From NCBI GenBank assembly GCA_044223005.1, contig JBGAML010000004.1:192001-256000 (forward strand): a stretch of DNA of 64,000 nucleotides, given 5' to 3'. Source of the stretch: Candidatus Eiseniibacteriota bacterium (GTDB lineage Bacteria; Eisenbacteria; RBG-16-71-46). Each line of letters begins with the position of its first letter. Position 1 is the stretch's first letter. Both the position numbers and the translations under genes were made by a program. The notes under the pieces are model-generated. The model ran no database searches and was not told the DNA's origin. It was given only the letters and a program-made list of their open reading frames with translations. Shown here piece by piece: positions 39,440-52,800 of the stretch.

Positions 39440-39500
39440 AGGTGGGCCGGGGGGCAAGAATGATACATGGATGGTCCGCCGGAAAGAAGATGGACCCGGG

Positions 39501-40790
39501 TCAGCCGTCCATGGCCTCCAGGACCGCCGCCAGCGTGGCCTCGCACGAAACCGGTGGGTTCGGCCGGGCCGGAACGACGCCCTCGAGGGTGCCACGGTGG
39601 TAGCCCACGATCGCGTCCGGGTCCTTGAGGACGTGCCCGGTCAGGATCGCGACCACCCGGGCGTCCCGGGCGATCGTGCCCGCGGCGACCAGCTTGCGCA
39701 GGCCCGCCAGTGAGGCGCACGACGCGGGTTCGGCGCCGATTCCGGCAGCGTCGACCTCGGCCTTGGCGTCCATGATTTCGGCATCGGTCGCCTGCTCGAC
39801 GACGCCCTGCGTCGCCGCGAGCCCGCGCAGGCACTTTCGCCACGAGACGGGCCGGCCGATCTTGATCGCCGTCGCGATCGTCCGGGGATCCGTGACCGGC
39901 TCGAGTGGCCGGCCGCTCGTCCACGCCCGCCAGAGCGGGTTGGCGCCCTCGGCCTGCACGACCGCGAGCCGCGGCAGCCGGTCGATCACTCCGAGCGCGT
40001 GCAGCTCGACGAGGCCCTTGGCGATCGCGGAACTGTTCCCGAGGTTGCCGCCGGGGAGCACGATCCAGTCGGGCACCTGCCAGCGCAGGTCCTGCAGCAG
40101 CTCGAACCCGATCGCCTTCTGGCCCTCGACCCGGAACGGGTTCATCGAGTTCACGAGGTAGACGTCGCGCTCGCGGCAGACCTGCTCGACCAGCGTCATC
40201 GCGGCGTCGAAGTTGCCGCGCACCTGGATCGTGCGGCCACCGTACGCGAGCGACTGGCCGAGCTTGCCGTAGGCGATGTTGCCCTCGGGGATGAACACGT
40301 ACGCGCGCAGCCCCGCGGCCGCCGCGTACGACGCCATGGACGCGGAGGTGTTGCCCGTCGACGCGCAGGCGACGGCGCGCATGCCGAGCGCGCGCCCGAC
40401 GCTGATGGCCACGGTCATGCCACGGTCCTTGAACGAGCCGGTCGGGTTCTCGCCCTCGTGCTTGAGCCGCAACGTGCCGTCGAGCCCGGCCCAGCGCGCG
40501 AGCGCGTCCGAGGCGTAGAGGTTCGTGTCGCCCTCGGGCTTGGTGACGATCGCGTCGACCGGCAGCGGCAGCACCCACTCGCGGAAGCGCCAGACGCCGG
40601 AGCGGTCCTCGGGCGCGAACGATCCGCGCCGCTGGTCGAGCGTCGCGGTCGTGAGCGGCCCCGGCGCGGCACCAAAGTCGTGCTCGACGTCGAGCGTGCC
40701 GCCGCACTCGCACCGATAACGGCGCTCGAGCCCCGGGTAGGTGCGCGCGCAGTCGGCGCAGCGCAGCGTCCAGTTCGCGTGCACGTTCAT
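39501..40790 (-). CDS. thrC: Threonine synthase
   Basis: NPTGSFKDRG, CASTGNTSAS, PGGNLGN, EPASC, LTGHVLKD. Confidence 0.96.
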   Translation of the reverse strand: MNVHANWTLRCADCARTYPGLERRYRCECGGTLDVEHDFGAAPGPLTTATLDQRRGSFAPEDRSGVWRFREWVLPLPVDAIVTKPEGDTNLYASDALARWAGLDGTLRLKHEGENPTGSFKDRGMTVAISVGRALGMRAVACASTGNTSASMASYAAAAGLRAYVFIPEGNIAYGKLGQSLAYGGRTIQVRGNFDAAMTLVEQVCRERDVYLVNSMNPFRVEGQKAIGFELLQDLRWQVPDWIVLPGGNLGNSSAIAKGLVELHALGVIDRLPRLAVVQAEGANPLWRAWTSGRPLEPVTDPRTIATAIKIGRPVSWRKCLRGLAATQGVVEQATDAEIMDAKAEVDAAGIGAEPASCASLAGLRKLVAAGTIARDARVVAILTGHVLKDPDAIVGYHRGTLEGVVPARPNPPVSCEATLAAVLEAMDG

Positions 40791-41722
40791 GCCTCGCGCG
40801 CCCCCGGGCAGTCTGCGGGGGAGAAGACCGCGGACGATTCGAGCCCCGCGCGCCGGAAGGCCGCCCGCATGGCCACCGCGACTTCGTGCGCGCTGCGCTC
40901 GCTGCGGCACAGCGCGAACAGGCTCGGGCCCGAGCCGCTGATCGAGGCGCCGAGCGCGCCCGCGTCGCGCGCGGCGGCGAGCACGTCGAGGCAGCCGGGG
41001 ATCAGCCGCGCGCGCGCGGCCGTGACCACGTCGGGCTCGAGCGCGCGGGCGAGCAGGCCGAGATCGCCCGAGAAGCACGCGGAGACGAACGCGCCCAGGT
41101 TCGCGCTCGTGCGCACCATCTGCGCGAGCGGCACGTCCGCGGGCAGCGCCGCGCGCGCGTCGCGCGTGCTCACCTCGTGCTGCGGCGTCACCACCGTCAG
41201 GACGAGCCCGGCAGGCACGGGCAGCCGCACGATGTCCGGCGGGTCCACCGAGCGCACGAGCACCATGCCGCCCAGAAGCGCGGGCGCGACGTTGTCGGCG
41301 TGACGGCCGGAGACGGCGGCCTCGGCCTCGACGCACGGCGCGACCAGCTCGGCGCGGCGCAGCGGCGAGCCGAGCAGCAGGTTCACGGCGTACGCCGCGG
41401 CGGCGGCGCTCGCCGCAGAGCTGCCCATGCCGGAGCCGAGCGGCAGGCCCTTCGTCACCTCGAGCTCGACGCCGGCGTCGATGCCCGCGCGCGCCAGCGT
41501 GGCGATCGCGGCGATGCCGGCGGTATTGCGCTCGGGCTCGAGCGGCAGGCGGCCGCCGTCGCCATGCACCGCCGCGATCCGCACGCCGGTGCCCGGCACG
41601 CGCCGCGCGAGCACGGTGTCGCCGGGGCCGAGCAGCGCGAGCCCCAGGACGTCGAAACCGGTGCCGAGGTTCGCCACCGTGGCGGGAGCGAACGCGCGCA
41701 CGACGCGGGACGGGGCGCTCAT
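40787..41722 (-). CDS. thrB: Homoserine kinase
   Basis: APATVANLGTGFDVLG, PLGSGMGSSAAS, HADNVAP, ISGSGPS. Confidence 0.96.
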   Translation of the reverse strand: MSAPSRVVRAFAPATVANLGTGFDVLGLALLGPGDTVLARRVPGTGVRIAAVHGDGGRLPLEPERNTAGIAAIATLARAGIDAGVELEVTKGLPLGSGMGSSAASAAAAAYAVNLLLGSPLRRAELVAPCVEAEAAVSGRHADNVAPALLGGMVLVRSVDPPDIVRLPVPAGLVLTVVTPQHEVSTRDARAALPADVPLAQMVRTSANLGAFVSACFSGDLGLLARALEPDVVTAARARLIPGCLDVLAAARDAGALGASISGSGPSLFALCRSERSAHEVAVAMRAAFRRAGLESSAVFSPADCPGAREA

Positions 41723-44253
41723 CGCCGCTCCGCCGCGATCCGCAGGATGTCGCCGAGCACGCCCATCGCCGTCACCTCCACGCCCGCACCCGGGCCCATC
41801 ACCACGAGCGGCCGCGCCTCGTAGCGCTCGCTCGTGAACACGATCAGGTTGTCGGTGCCCTGCAGCCGGCCCGCGGGCGAGTCGAGCGGTACCGCCGCGG
41901 GGCCCACGGTGATCCGGTCCGCCTCCACGCGCGCGAGGTAGCGCAGCACCTTGCCCTCGCGCTTCGCGTCGGCGACGCGCTGCGCGAAGTCCGCGTCGAG
42001 GCCCTTCAGCTTCGCGAGCAGCTGCTCGAGCGGCAGCCCCGCGAGCGACGCGTCGACGAGTCCCTGCGGCACGACCGGTTCCGGCGCGCGCGCGAGCCCC
42101 GAGAGCCGCCCGAGGATGACCGCCTTGCGGGCCACGTCCGCGCCCGAGAGGTCGGCGACCGGATCGGGCTCGGTGTAGCCGCGGCGCACGGCCTCGGCCA
42201 CGGCCGCGGAGAACGCCGCGCCCTGCTCGAGCTGCGCCATCACGAAGCCCAGCGTGCCGGACAGGCAGCCTTCGGCGCTCACGAGCCGGTCGCCCGTCGC
42301 GAGCAGCATCTCAAGCGTGTCCATCACCGGCAGCCCGGCGCCCACGGTCGCCTCGGCGCGCAGCAGCCGGCCGCGCGACTCCGCTTCGCCGCGCAGCGCG
42401 TGCCAGCGCTCCAACGGCCCGGCGAGCGGCTTCTTGTTGGCGGTGACGACGTCGCAGCCGAGCGCCATCGCCTCGAGGAACACCGCGGCGGTGTCGTCGT
42501 CGTCGGAGACATCCACGAGCACGGGGCGCGCGAGCCGGTAGCGCAGCGCCTCGCGCACCATGGTGGCGGCATCGGCCGATGCGACGGCGCCCGGCTGCGT
42601 CGCGAGCGCGCGGCCGTCCTGCTTCGCGGCGAGCAGCGCATCGAGTTCGCCGGCCGGGATGCCGTTCGGGCGCAGGATCCAGCCGCTGCGGTCCGCGATC
42701 GCGACCACGCGCGGCTCCAGGCCGAAGCGCTCGAAGAAGTGCGAGCGGCGCCCGAGCAGCAGCGGCGCCAGCGCGCGGCCGATGTTGCCGCAGCCCAGCA
42801 GCAGCACGTCCATGCGGCGCGTGGTGTCCTCGCCGGTGTCGAGCCGGTGCAGCTCGAACTCCGCGTGCAGCGCGCGCAGCGCGTCCGGCGCCTCGGCCTC
42901 GGCCACGGCGAGCGTGATGTTGAGCTCCGAGGAGCCCTGCGCGATCGCGAGCACGTTGACGCGCCGGGCACCGAGCGAGCCGAAGGCGCGCGCCGACACG
43001 CCTGGCGTGTGCGCCATGCCGAGCCCGACCACGCCGACGAGCGCGACGCCACGGCGCACGTCGACTTCGTCCACGTCGCCGCGCGAGATCTCGGCGCGCA
43101 GCGACGTCTTGATCGCGGACTCGGCCGCGAACGCCTCCTCGGCCGGCACCGCGAGGCAGATGGAGGACTCCGAGCTCGACTGGCTGATCATGGTGACGCT
43201 GATGCCGCGCTCCGAGAGCGCGCCGAACACGCGTGCGGCGACGCCCGGCACGCCGGCCATGCCCTTGCCCTCGACCGAGAGCAGCGCCTGCGCGCGTACC
43301 GCGGTCACGGCTTTCACCGGGTGCGATCCCGGCGTGAACGTGCCGTCCACGATCGTGCCCGCGTCGTCGGGTGCGAACGAGTTGCGCGTCCGCACCGGAA
43401 TCCCCAGCGTCGCCACCGGGATCATGGTGCGCGGGTGCAGCACCTTGGCGCCGTAGAAGCTCATCTCGGCCGCTTCGCGGAAGTTGAGCTGGCGAATGAC
43501 GCGCGCCTCGGGCACCACGCGCGGATCGGCCGTGAAGACACCGCTCACGTCGGTCCAGATCGTGACTTCGTCCGCGTGCAGCGCCGCCGCGAGCAGCGTC
43601 GCCGAGAGATCCGAGCCGCCACGCCCGAGCGTCGTGGTCGCGCCGTCGGGCGCGCGGCCGGTGAAGCCGGTGACCACGGGCAGCACGCCCTGCTCGAGCC
43701 GCGGCCGCAGCGCCGCCGCGATCGTGCGGTCCGCGACACCGGTGAGCGCGTGCGCCTCGCCGAAGTTCGCGTCCGTCTCGAGGAACGTGTCCGCGTCCAG
43801 CGCCTCGGCGGCGCGGCCGCGCGCACACAGCGCCGCGGCGAGCATGCGCACCGACAGCTTCTCGCCACACGCGAGCACCTGGTCGCGCGTGCGGGGCGAA
43901 ACTTCGCGCAGCAGGCACGCCGCGCCCAGCAGTTCGGCGAGGTGCGCCGCGGTGTCCGCCTGGTGGCGGCGCACCGTCTCGGCTTCGGCGGCCGGCAGCG
44001 CGAGTGCCGCGAGTACGTCCTCGTGCAGCGTCTGCAGCTTCGCGATCGCGTGCAGCGCGTCGTGGCGCTCTCCGCGTGCGGCCGCGGCCGCGGCCGCGAC
44101 GAGCAGGTCGGTGACGCCCGTGACCGCCGAGGCGACCGCGACGAGGCGCGTGCCATCCGCGCCGGCCGCGATCAGCAGGTCGGCGCACGCGCCGATGCGG
44201 CGCGCGTCACCGACGCTGGTACCGCCGAACTTGTGGACTTCGAGACGCGCCAT
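41719..44253 (-). CDS. thrA: Bifunctional aspartokinase/homoserine dehydrogenase
   Basis: [15 protein letters not shown], two ACT domains, [32 protein letters not shown]. Confidence 0.96.
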   Translation of the reverse strand: MARLEVHKFGGTSVGDARRIGACADLLIAAGADGTRLVAVASAVTGVTDLLVAAAAAAARGERHDALHAIAKLQTLHEDVLAALALPAAEAETVRRHQADTAAHLAELLGAACLLREVSPRTRDQVLACGEKLSVRMLAAALCARGRAAEALDADTFLETDANFGEAHALTGVADRTIAAALRPRLEQGVLPVVTGFTGRAPDGATTTLGRGGSDLSATLLAAALHADEVTIWTDVSGVFTADPRVVPEARVIRQLNFREAAEMSFYGAKVLHPRTMIPVATLGIPVRTRNSFAPDDAGTIVDGTFTPGSHPVKAVTAVRAQALLSVEGKGMAGVPGVAARVFGALSERGISVTMISQSSSESSICLAVPAEEAFAAESAIKTSLRAEISRGDVDEVDVRRGVALVGVVGLGMAHTPGVSARAFGSLGARRVNVLAIAQGSSELNITLAVAEAEAPDALRALHAEFELHRLDTGEDTTRRMDVLLLGCGNIGRALAPLLLGRRSHFFERFGLEPRVVAIADRSGWILRPNGIPAGELDALLAAKQDGRALATQPGAVASADAATMVREALRYRLARPVLVDVSDDDDTAAVFLEAMALGCDVVTANKKPLAGPLERWHALRGEAESRGRLLRAEATVGAGLPVMDTLEMLLATGDRLVSAEGCLSGTLGFVMAQLEQGAAFSAAVAEAVRRGYTEPDPVADLSGADVARKAVILGRLSGLARAPEPVVPQGLVDASLAGLPLEQLLAKLKGLDADFAQRVADAKREGKVLRYLARVEADRITVGPAAVPLDSPAGRLQGTDNLIVFTSERYEARPLVVMGPGAGVEVTAMGVLGDILRIAAERR

Positions 44254-44298
44254 GCGGCCCTCCGGGCCGGAAATCATACGGCCCGGGAGCGGCCGCCG

Positions 44299-45267
44299 TC
44301 ACGCGGTCGGCGCCGTACCCGCGGTTCCGTAGTACCCCTTCGCCCACTCGACCATGGCCGGTGCGCCCCGATCGAGCGGCGTGGGCGCGCCGCCGAAGCG
44401 GGCGCGGAAGCGCGAATCGTCCACGAGGAAGGGTCCCGCGAACTGGTAGCCCATCTCGCGGATCTCGCGCAGCATCGGCATGAACAGCGCCACGGCCGCC
44501 AGCAGGAACCCCGGCATGCGCTCGATCGCGATCTCGCGCCCGAGCGCGGCGCCGAAGCGCCGGATCATCGCGCGCGTGGTTTCGGCCGGCGCCGCCGGCA
44601 GCATCCACCACTGGCCCGTCACGTCGTCGGGGGCTTCGGCCAGCGTGGCCAGTCCTGCCGCGACGTCGAGCGTGTAATGGTAGGTGTGCACGATGTCCGG
44701 ATCGCTCAGCACCTGGCCGCTCTTCCCCGCGAGCACGCGCGGCCAGAAGGCGTCGCCGAAGTACGTGCCCACGCCGCCGGGTCCGTAGAAGTCGGCCGCG
44801 CGTCCGCTCACCACCTTCGCGTCACCGCGCCGGTGCGCGTCGAAGAACTGCTCGGCGACGCGCGCGCGGATCTCGCCCTTGCGGCTGCACGGGTTCACCG
44901 GCGTCGCTTCGTTCATCGGGACGCCGTGCGTGTCGCCCAGCATGTAGAGGTTGTCGAGCACCACGAGCCGCGCGTTCGCGCGCCCGGCCGCGGCCACGAG
45001 CGAACTCGCCAGCCGCGGCAGCTCGCGCGCCCAGAGCGCGGCGTCGTAGGCCGGGTTCATGCAGTGATAAACGGCGGCGGCGCCCGCTGCGGCCTCGGCC
45101 GCGAACGTGGCGTCGCCCGCGTCGCCCGTGCGCAGCTCCACGCCCGCGGGCGCGCCACCCACGCGGCGCACCATGCGCACGCGGCAGCCGCGCGCCATGA
45201 GCTCCTTCGCGAGCGGGACGCCGATCTGTCCCGCGCCGAAGATCACGTGCAGCTTCGACTCGCTCAT
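44299..45267 (-). CDS. NAD-dependent epimerase/dehydratase family protein
   Basis: IFGAGQIG Rossmann motif, DNLYM.G, KG.IRA, DFYGP. Confidence 0.88.
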   Translation of the reverse strand: MSESKLHVIFGAGQIGVPLAKELMARGCRVRMVRRVGGAPAGVELRTGDAGDATFAAEAAAGAAAVYHCMNPAYDAALWARELPRLASSLVAAAGRANARLVVLDNLYMLGDTHGVPMNEATPVNPCSRKGEIRARVAEQFFDAHRRGDAKVVSGRAADFYGPGGVGTYFGDAFWPRVLAGKSGQVLSDPDIVHTYHYTLDVAAGLATLAEAPDDVTGQWWMLPAAPAETTRAMIRRFGAALGREIAIERMPGFLLAAVALFMPMLREIREMGYQFAGPFLVDDSRFRARFGGAPTPLDRGAPAMVEWAKGYYGTAGTAPTA

Positions 45268-45312
45268 CCTTCGCCTTTCGTGCGCTGGACGGACCCGGCG
45301 CCGGCGGCCCGC

Positions 45313-47343
45313 TCAGTGCCGCCCGTGCGTCACGCCCGGCCAGCGGTCGGTGCGGAACGGCTCGGCCGGAAGCCCCGTGCCGCCCGCGAGATCGCAGGTG
45401 GGATTGTCGGCCCACGCGTAGCGCGCCGCGACCGGGTGCGGCACCGCGTCGCACGTGAGCACGACGTCGTCTCCTTCGATGCGCGCGGCAGCCCAATGGA
45501 ACACGCGATCTTCACCCGCCAGCGCGAACCCCGCGGGCGGGGCGTCCGAACGCGAATGCAGGCCGCCGTTCGTGCGCTCGAAGTGCACGCGCATCGCGCC
45601 GCCCTCGATCCGGGACGAACGGTAGCGCGGTCCGCTCGCGACGACCGCCCGCCCGTACGCGACCTCCAGCGCGGCCAGCGCGAGCCGGCGCCCGACTTCC
45701 TGCTTGTTGCGCGGATGGATGTCCTTCGCGTCGCCGATGTCGACCGCCGTCGCCATGCCCGTGCGCGGCCGCGCCAACGCCATGGCCTGCGCCTCGCGCA
45801 GCTCGGCCCATTCGCTCTCGCCCGGCTGCGGCTTCGCGTCCATGAAGTTCGCGAGCTGGACGAACAGGAACGGGAAGTCGCCCTGACCCCATTCGCGCCG
45901 CCAGTCGTCGATCAGCAGGGGGAAGAGCGCCTGGTATTGTTCGGCGCGGTTGGCGTTCGCCTCGCCCTGGTACCAGATCACGCCGTGGATCGCGTACGGC
46001 GCCAGCGGTGACCGCATGCCGTTGGCGAGCACGCCGGGTTGGTTCGGATCCTCCGGGTCGCGCGGCCGCGGGGGCAGTTCGCGGAAGTCGAACGCGACCT
46101 GGTAGAGCCACGGGCCGGTGAGCGACATCGCGTCGGCGCCGCCCGCCGAGAGCTTCATCATCGGCGGGTCGCCCCACAGGCCGCCGCCGCCGATCCAGTC
46201 GTAGACGCGCACCGCGATCACGTGCGGCCCCGGCGTCACGAGCCGGCCCGGCACGGTGTAGTTCCGCGGCCGGTCGTAGACCGAGTCCTTGCCCACGAGC
46301 ACGCCGTCGAAGTAGGTGAGGTCCGCGTCGTCGATGCGGCCGAGCCCCAGCGCGAGATCGCGGCCCGCCCACGCCGCGGGGATTTCGACGTGGCGCCGGA
46401 ACCACACGACGCCGTCCAGGTCCGGCAGCCCCGCGTTCTCCCAGCCGCTCGGCAGCGCCATCGTCTTCCACGCGTGATCGTCCAGCGCCGTCGCCGACCA
46501 GGGCGGCGTCGCCTTCAGCCCGCGGTCTTCCTTCGGGATCGCGGCGTTCCACGCCCGCGTCGCCACCTCGAACGCCGCCTTCGCCTCGCCCGCGGGGCGC
46601 TGCGCCTGTTCGTCCACCGCGCGCAGCCGGTCCGCGAACCCGGGCACGCGGCGCAGCGCGCCCGCGCGCGTCCACGCTTCGACCTCGGTGCCGCCCCAGT
46701 TCGTGGACACGAGTCCCACCGGCACCTTCAAGGTGCGCTGCAGTTCGCGGCCGAAGAAGTAGGCGACGGCGGAGAACTCCTTCGCGGTCGCGGGTGCGCA
46801 GCGGTGCCAGCCGGTGGTCGTGATGTCGCGCTCGGGCCGGAACGCCACCTTGCGCGCGACCGTGAGCAGGCGGATCTCGGGATGGTCCGCCGACGCGACC
46901 TCGTTCGCCGCGTCGAGCACTTTGCCCCAGCCGTCGATCGGCATCTCCATGTTCGACTGGCCCGACGCGAGCCAGACCTCGCCGACCAGCACGTCGGTGA
47001 ACGCGCGTGCGTGGCCCTCGGCGTCGGCGACGCGGAGCTCGAACGGCCCGCCGGCGGCGAGCGGCCCGAGCGCCGTGCGCCATGCGCCGCGCGCGTCGGC
47101 GCGAGCCTGCGCGGTGTGGCCCGCGCACGTCACCGTGATCGCGGCCCGTGGCGCGGCCGTGCCCCACACGGGCACGGCGACGTCGCGCTGCAGCACCATG
47201 TGGTCGCCGAAGATCGCAGGCAGTGCGATTTCGGCGGCGGGTGAGCCGGCTGCCGCGGCGCGGGCGGCGCTCGCGGAGAGGGCGAGCGCGAGCAGTGCGA
47301 GCCCCGCGAGGCGCGTGGTGCGATGCGTCGTGCGTGCGTCCAT
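45313..47343 (-). CDS. Sialate O-acetylesterase (SASA/SGNH) with inserted sugar-binding domain
   Basis: [41 protein letters not shown]; signal peptide. Confidence 0.92.
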   Translation of the reverse strand: MDARTTHRTTRLAGLALLALALSASAARAAAAGSPAAEIALPAIFGDHMVLQRDVAVPVWGTAAPRAAITVTCAGHTAQARADARGAWRTALGPLAAGGPFELRVADAEGHARAFTDVLVGEVWLASGQSNMEMPIDGWGKVLDAANEVASADHPEIRLLTVARKVAFRPERDITTTGWHRCAPATAKEFSAVAYFFGRELQRTLKVPVGLVSTNWGGTEVEAWTRAGALRRVPGFADRLRAVDEQAQRPAGEAKAAFEVATRAWNAAIPKEDRGLKATPPWSATALDDHAWKTMALPSGWENAGLPDLDGVVWFRRHVEIPAAWAGRDLALGLGRIDDADLTYFDGVLVGKDSVYDRPRNYTVPGRLVTPGPHVIAVRVYDWIGGGGLWGDPPMMKLSAGGADAMSLTGPWLYQVAFDFRELPPRPRDPEDPNQPGVLANGMRSPLAPYAIHGVIWYQGEANANRAEQYQALFPLLIDDWRREWGQGDFPFLFVQLANFMDAKPQPGESEWAELREAQAMALARPRTGMATAVDIGDAKDIHPRNKQEVGRRLALAALEVAYGRAVVASGPRYRSSRIEGGAMRVHFERTNGGLHSRSDAPPAGFALAGEDRVFHWAAARIEGDDVVLTCDAVPHPVAARYAWADNPTCDLAGGTGLPAEPFRTDRWPGVTHGRH

Positions 47344-47383
47344 ATCGTACGTCCTCCCGCCGGGCGCGACGTGCGCCGAAAGT

Positions 47384-49861
47384 TCAGGGTGCGAGCGTCA
47401 GGCTGCCCGAAAGTCTCGTGTCGCGCGACGAGGCGCCGACCTCGATCGCGTAGCGCCCCGGCTCCGTCCACCACGCGGCGCGGCCGGGGTCCCACGCGGC
47501 GAACGCGCGTTCGTCCAGCTCGATCGTGACGCGGCGCGATTCGCCGGGCGTGAGCTCCACGCGCGCGAAGCCCTTCAGCTCGCGCACCGGCCGCGGCAGC
47601 ATTCCGCGCGGGGGCGCCACGTAGAGCTGCGGCACCTCGGCGCCGGCGCGGGCGCCCGTGTTCGCGACCGTGAACGACACGCGCGCGTGCCGCGGCGCCG
47701 CGAGCGTCGGTGGCTCGATCGCGAGGTCCGAGTAGGCGAACGTCGTGTAGCCGAGCCCGAACCCGAACGGGAACTCAGGCGCGATCCCGGCACGGTCGTG
47801 GTGGCGATAGCCCACGAACACTCCGTCGTCGTAGCGCGTCGCGAGGTCGCGGCTCGAGTAGGTCGCCGCCGCCGACACGTCCGCCCAGCGGCGCGGGAAC
47901 GAGATCGGCAGCCGCCCCGATGGCGCTGCGTCGCCGAACAGCACGTCGGCGATCGCGCTGCCGCCCTCGACGCCCGGGTACCACGCCTGCAGCACGGCGC
48001 GCACGCGCTCGAGCCAGTCGCCCATCGTCACCGGCGAGCCCGCGACCACGACGACGATCGTGCGCGGGTTCACCGCCGCGACCGCGCGGATCAGCGCGTC
48101 CTGCCCGACCGGCAGCGCGAGGTTCGGGCGATCGAAGCCCTCGCTCTCGACGCCCGCAGTGTTGCCGACCACCACGATCGCCGCGTCGGCGCCGCGCGCC
48201 GCGGCGACCGCGGCGCCGTGCTCGTCCTGGTCCATCGCGTGCCAGCCGAACTGCACCACGGCGCCGCCGCCGTTCTCGTAGTACTCGAGCTTCACCGCGT
48301 GCGGCTCGCCCGCGCGCAGCGGGACGATCGTCGCGACGGTGCGCGCGCCGTGATCGCTCCAGTCCTCGAGCACGAGCTTGCCGTCGAGCCAGAGCCGCAC
48401 GCCGTCGTCGGCGCGCAGGCGCAGCTCCCAGCGGCCGCTCGTCGGCGCGACCAGCGTTCCCGTCCAGCGCGCCGAGAAGTGGTCCACCGGAATCACCGCC
48501 GCGGGCGAGCCGTCGCCGAAGTCGAAGTTCACGCTGGCGTCCGTGCGCACCAGCGCGGGCGCGCCCGAGAAGTCCTGGCTCGCCCAGTACTCGGCGCGCA
48601 GGCCGTGGCCCGGGCCGCTCGCGGGTGCGAACGCGGTCGAGTCGATCGGATTCACGTCGTCGGGCGCGCTCGCGCCCGCCGCGTACGTCACCGTCACACC
48701 CGGCCCCGCCGCGCGGCGGATCGCCTCCAGCGGCGACACCGCGTGCGCGGTCGTGACGTACGAGCTGCCGCCGCCGCCCGTGCGCGCGACCGCCGCGTTG
48801 GGCCCGATCACCGCGAGCGAGCGCAGGTGCGCGCGGTCGAGCGGCAGCGCGCCGCCTTCGTTGCGCAGCAGCACCAGCGAACGCGCGGCCGCCGTGCGCG
48901 CGAGCGCGCGGTGCGCGACGCCGTCGCGCGCGCCCGGGTCGCCGGCCGTGTCGCCATCCAGCACGCCGGTGCGCTCGAGCAGCCGCAGCAGCCGCTTCAC
49001 GCTCGCGTCGATCGTGGGCCACGACACCTCGCCGCGTTCCACCGCGGTGGCGAGCGAGGCCTTGTCGAGGAACTTGTGGTCGGGCATCTCGAGGTCGAGC
49101 CCGGCGCGAACGGTCGGCAGCGTGCTGTGCACCGCGCCCCAGTCCGACACCACGAGGCCGTCGAAACGCCACTCGGTCTTCAGGACGTCGCGCAGCAGCC
49201 ACGGGTTCTCGCTGCACCAGTTGCCGTTCACCTTGTTGTACGCCGACATCACCGACCAGGCGCCCGCTTCGCGCACTGCCGCGTCGAACGCCGGCAGGTA
49301 GATCTCGCGCAGCGTTCGCTCGTCGATGTGCTCGTCGACCGCCTCGCGATTGGCTTCCTGGCTGTTGGCCGCGAAGTGCTTGACCGTCGCCGCGACGCGG
49401 TGCTCCTGCAGCCCGTGCACGTAGGCCACGGCCATCCGGCTCGCGAGCCAGGGATCCTCGCCGAACGCCTCGAACGTGCGCCCGGCCCACGGCAGCCGCG
49501 CGATGTTGACGCACGGCCCGAGCATCATGCGCTTGCCCTTCGCACGCGCTTCCACCGCGATCGCGCCGCTCACCTCGCGCACGAGCGACGTATCCCACGT
49601 CGCCGCGAGCGCGATCGGGACCGGGAACGCGGTCGACACGCCGTCGCGCACGCCGGCCGGACCATCGGCCATGCGCAGCGGCGCGATTCCGAGCCGCGGC
49701 ACGCGGTGCGTCTCGAACCCGTCGCCCGCGAGCAGGTCGAGCTTCTCGGCCGGCGTCAGGCGCACGAGCAGGCTCTCGATGCGCGCCTCGTCGGCGTGGG
49801 CCGGCGTGGCGACGCAGGCGGCGCATGCGGCGAGCATCGCCGCGGCCAGCAGGCGCCTCAC
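47384..49861 (-). CDS. GH3 beta-glucosidase-like enzyme with PA14 and Fn3-like domains
   Basis: DGPAGVR, KHFAAN, VVSDWG, LDLEMP, PA14 (FSARWTG..ADDG), [21 protein letters not shown] overlap. Confidence 0.95.
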   Translation of the reverse strand: MRRLLAAAMLAACAACVATPAHADEARIESLLVRLTPAEKLDLLAGDGFETHRVPRLGIAPLRMADGPAGVRDGVSTAFPVPIALAATWDTSLVREVSGAIAVEARAKGKRMMLGPCVNIARLPWAGRTFEAFGEDPWLASRMAVAYVHGLQEHRVAATVKHFAANSQEANREAVDEHIDERTLREIYLPAFDAAVREAGAWSVMSAYNKVNGNWCSENPWLLRDVLKTEWRFDGLVVSDWGAVHSTLPTVRAGLDLEMPDHKFLDKASLATAVERGEVSWPTIDASVKRLLRLLERTGVLDGDTAGDPGARDGVAHRALARTAAARSLVLLRNEGGALPLDRAHLRSLAVIGPNAAVARTGGGGSSYVTTAHAVSPLEAIRRAAGPGVTVTYAAGASAPDDVNPIDSTAFAPASGPGHGLRAEYWASQDFSGAPALVRTDASVNFDFGDGSPAAVIPVDHFSARWTGTLVAPTSGRWELRLRADDGVRLWLDGKLVLEDWSDHGARTVATIVPLRAGEPHAVKLEYYENGGGAVVQFGWHAMDQDEHGAAVAAARGADAAIVVVGNTAGVESEGFDRPNLALPVGQDALIRAVAAVNPRTIVVVVAGSPVTMGDWLERVRAVLQAWYPGVEGGSAIADVLFGDAAPSGRLPISFPRRWADVSAAATYSSRDLATRYDDGVFVGYRHHDRAGIAPEFPFGFGLGYTTFAYSDLAIEPPTLAAPRHARVSFTVANTGARAGAEVPQLYVAPPRGMLPRPVRELKGFARVELTPGESRRVTIELDERAFAAWDPGRAAWWTEPGRYAIEVGASSRDTRLSGSLTLAP

Positions 49862-52800
49862 GGCAGCACCCGCACGTGCAGCCGCTCGAGCAGCGTCGCG
49901 CCGAGCCCCGCGGTGACGAGCGAGGACGGAATCAGCACGATCTCGCCGCCGCCGTCGGCGTTCCGCAGCCGCGCCGCGCACGGGTAGATCTCGCCGCGGT
50001 CGGGCACCAGCAGGTGGCGCGACGTGTGCGTGAACGCGAGCGGCTCGAAGTGCCACGGCTTGGAGACCGCGAAGTCGGTGAACACCTCGTGGGTGTCGAT
50101 CGGCCGCGGCGGCCGCGAGCCGCCTTCACCCGCGAGCTCGACGCCGCGCCCGTCGAGCGCCCAGCCGAACACGCCGCGCGAAGTCTCCCACGAGTTCATG
50201 AAGCGCCCGCCCGGTCCCCACGACACGACGCCCAGCCGCGTGGGCGAGGCCGAGACCTCGCCGTTGCGCGGGTCGATCGGCAGCCACGCCTTCTCGTTCG
50301 TCTCCACGCCCACGGTCACCGAATCCGACCAGATGCCGCCACCGCCGCCCGTGTCCTGCACCTGCACGGCGAGTACGTTGTCGCCGCCGAACGCGAGCGT
50401 CGCGTACGCGGGATCGCCGGGACGCAGCACGTAGTGGCGGATCGCCTGCCAGTTGGTGCGCGAGCCGATCTCGACGCCGTTCACGAACGTCCAGTCGAAG
50501 TCGTCGATCTTGCCGAGCTCCACGACCACCGGCTTGCCGCGGCCGTCCGCCGGCAGCCGGAAGTGCGCGCGGTACCAGCCCCAGCCGTCGAGCTCGCCGA
50601 TCGTCTTCTCCCAGCCCGCGGGCACCGCGATCGGCCGCCACGACGTGTCGGGCTCGAACGCGCGCGCCTGCCAGCCGCCGCGCAGGCCGGGCTCGTTCGC
50701 GCGCGCGACGCTCGCATCCGTCGTCGCGAGCCTGAAGCGCCACTCGCGCAGCGTCTCGCCGCGGACCACGGGACGCAGGTCGTACCACTCGATCACGCCG
50801 GCCGTTTCGCCCATGGTGCCGCGCTCGCGCATCGTCGGGCCCCAGAAGACGAGTGCGCCGCCGCGGGCGAGCCAGCGCTCGAGCGTCACGGCGACGTCGC
50901 TGCCGTCCTCGGCGTGCCGCGGCAGCGCGTTGCCCGGCACGATCACCGCGCCGACGCTCGCCGGATCCAGGGTCGCGAGCTCGGCGAGCGTCACGCGGCG
51001 TCCCGTAGGCGCGGGCACCGCCGGCGCGGGCAGGTGCGCCACCTGCAGCACGACCGCGTCGCGCACCCATTCGATCACCGCCGTGTCGCGGAGTACGGGC
51101 ACCGGCGCCGCGTGCGGCGCCGTCGTGTCGGCGAGCGCGGGCCACGCGCGCGCCGCGAGCGGTGCGCGCGCCGCGCCCTCGACGATCGCGCCCGCGGGCA
51201 CCTCGACCACGCGCACGTGCGGATCGGTGACGCGCACGCGCAGCCGCCCGTGCGCCATGGTCAGCGCCACGGCGCCCTGCGGCAGCGGCACCTCGGCGTG
51301 CCAGTCCTTCCAGTCGGCGGGCGTGCGCGGGTCCACGCGCAGCCGTGCGCAGCCGGGCTCGAGCACCTCCACGCCGAGCAGGCCCTCGACGATCGCGTCG
51401 AGGTAGGAACCCGCGGCGGTGAGGAACGCGAAGCCGCCCTCGGTGTGACCGTCCTCGGGATCGACCAGCTCCTCGATCATGCCCGGGTAGTGTTCGTCGG
51501 CGAGTGTCGCCGCGCAGCGGCCGAGCAGCCAGGCGCCGCCCGCGCGGTCGTCGAGGCGGAAGCGCGCCCGTGCTTCGACCGCGTTCCACCACGGCCACAC
51601 CTTGTCGTTGTGGTCGATGTAGAGCGGCACGTGCGACATCGGCGGCGTGATCGTGCTCGAGCCGGCCTTGCGCCAGTTGCGCGCGCGGATCGTGTCCATC
51701 GCGCGCCGCGCGCGCGCCTCGGGCGCCACGCCGCAGAGCACCGCGAGCGCGTTCTCGCCCGAAGTGGAGCGTTCGTCGCGCAGGCCGCCCAGCACGAGGT
51801 TGTCGTAAATGCCGTTCGTCTCGTCCCAGAGCCCGGCGTTGACGCCGCGCACGAACCGCGCCGCGAGCGCGTCGTAGCGTGCCGCCGACGGATCGCCGAG
51901 CGTGCGCTCGATCGTCGCGAAGCGGCGCAGCAGGTCGGCGAAGAGCACGTTGGAGTAGAGCACCCGCGCGCCGTCGGGGAAGAGGAAGAAGCGCGAGTGG
52001 TCCATCCACTCGGAGACGTCGACGAGCATGCCGGTGTCGTCCGCGTCGCGCGCGATCCACGCCTCGACCCACGGCCGCAGCGTGTGCGCCGCGCGCTGGA
52101 GCTCGTCGCGGTCGCCGTCCAGCAGCCAGCGCATCCACACTGCGCGCGCGAGCCACGCCACGCCCTCGGCGCAGCCGCCCTGCGAGGGATCCTCGGTGAC
52201 CTTCAGCCCGAGCGGATCGGCCTTGGCGTAGCGCCCCAGGTCGTAGTCGATCGTCGTCGACGCCGCGGCGAAGCGCCCGCTCGCCATGGCGCCGGGTGCG
52301 AGCCCCGAACCCAGGTCGCGCGACCAGACGTCGCGCCAGCGGAAGATCTCGCACACGTGCATGTGCCCGTCGAAGCCGAGGTCGAGCAGCGCGCGGCAGA
52401 ACGGCACCGCGCGGTCGATCTCCGGATCGGGTGTCTCGAGCACGAGCCCGCGGTGGTAGGGCGCCTCGAGCGCCGCGCGCAGAGCCTCGAAGCGGCCCGC
52501 CGGCGGCAGCCCGCCCGCCGCGAGCACGACCTCGCCCGCGCCGCCCGCGAGCGGCACGCGCACGCGGCCCGTTGCCGCCATCGTCGGGGCGCCGGTGGCC
52601 GTGACCTCGATCGCGACCGGCGTCGTGGCGTGGCGCACGCGCGCGCACGCGAACCACGGCACGTCGGGCGTCGCGCCGTGCAGGATCTCGATCGCGGTGC
52701 CGCGCACGTCGAGTGCGTACACCACGCCGCCGGGCAGGAAGCTCGCGCGCGGCGCGGGCGACGCCAGGTCGACCACCGAATCCCCGAGCACGAGCCGGAA

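Noticed and set aside
44254..44298. thrL-type attenuator upstream of thrA
   Set aside because: The spacer is only 45 nt, with no Thr/Ile-rich leader peptide or terminator; only a TATGAT box and an RBS are present.
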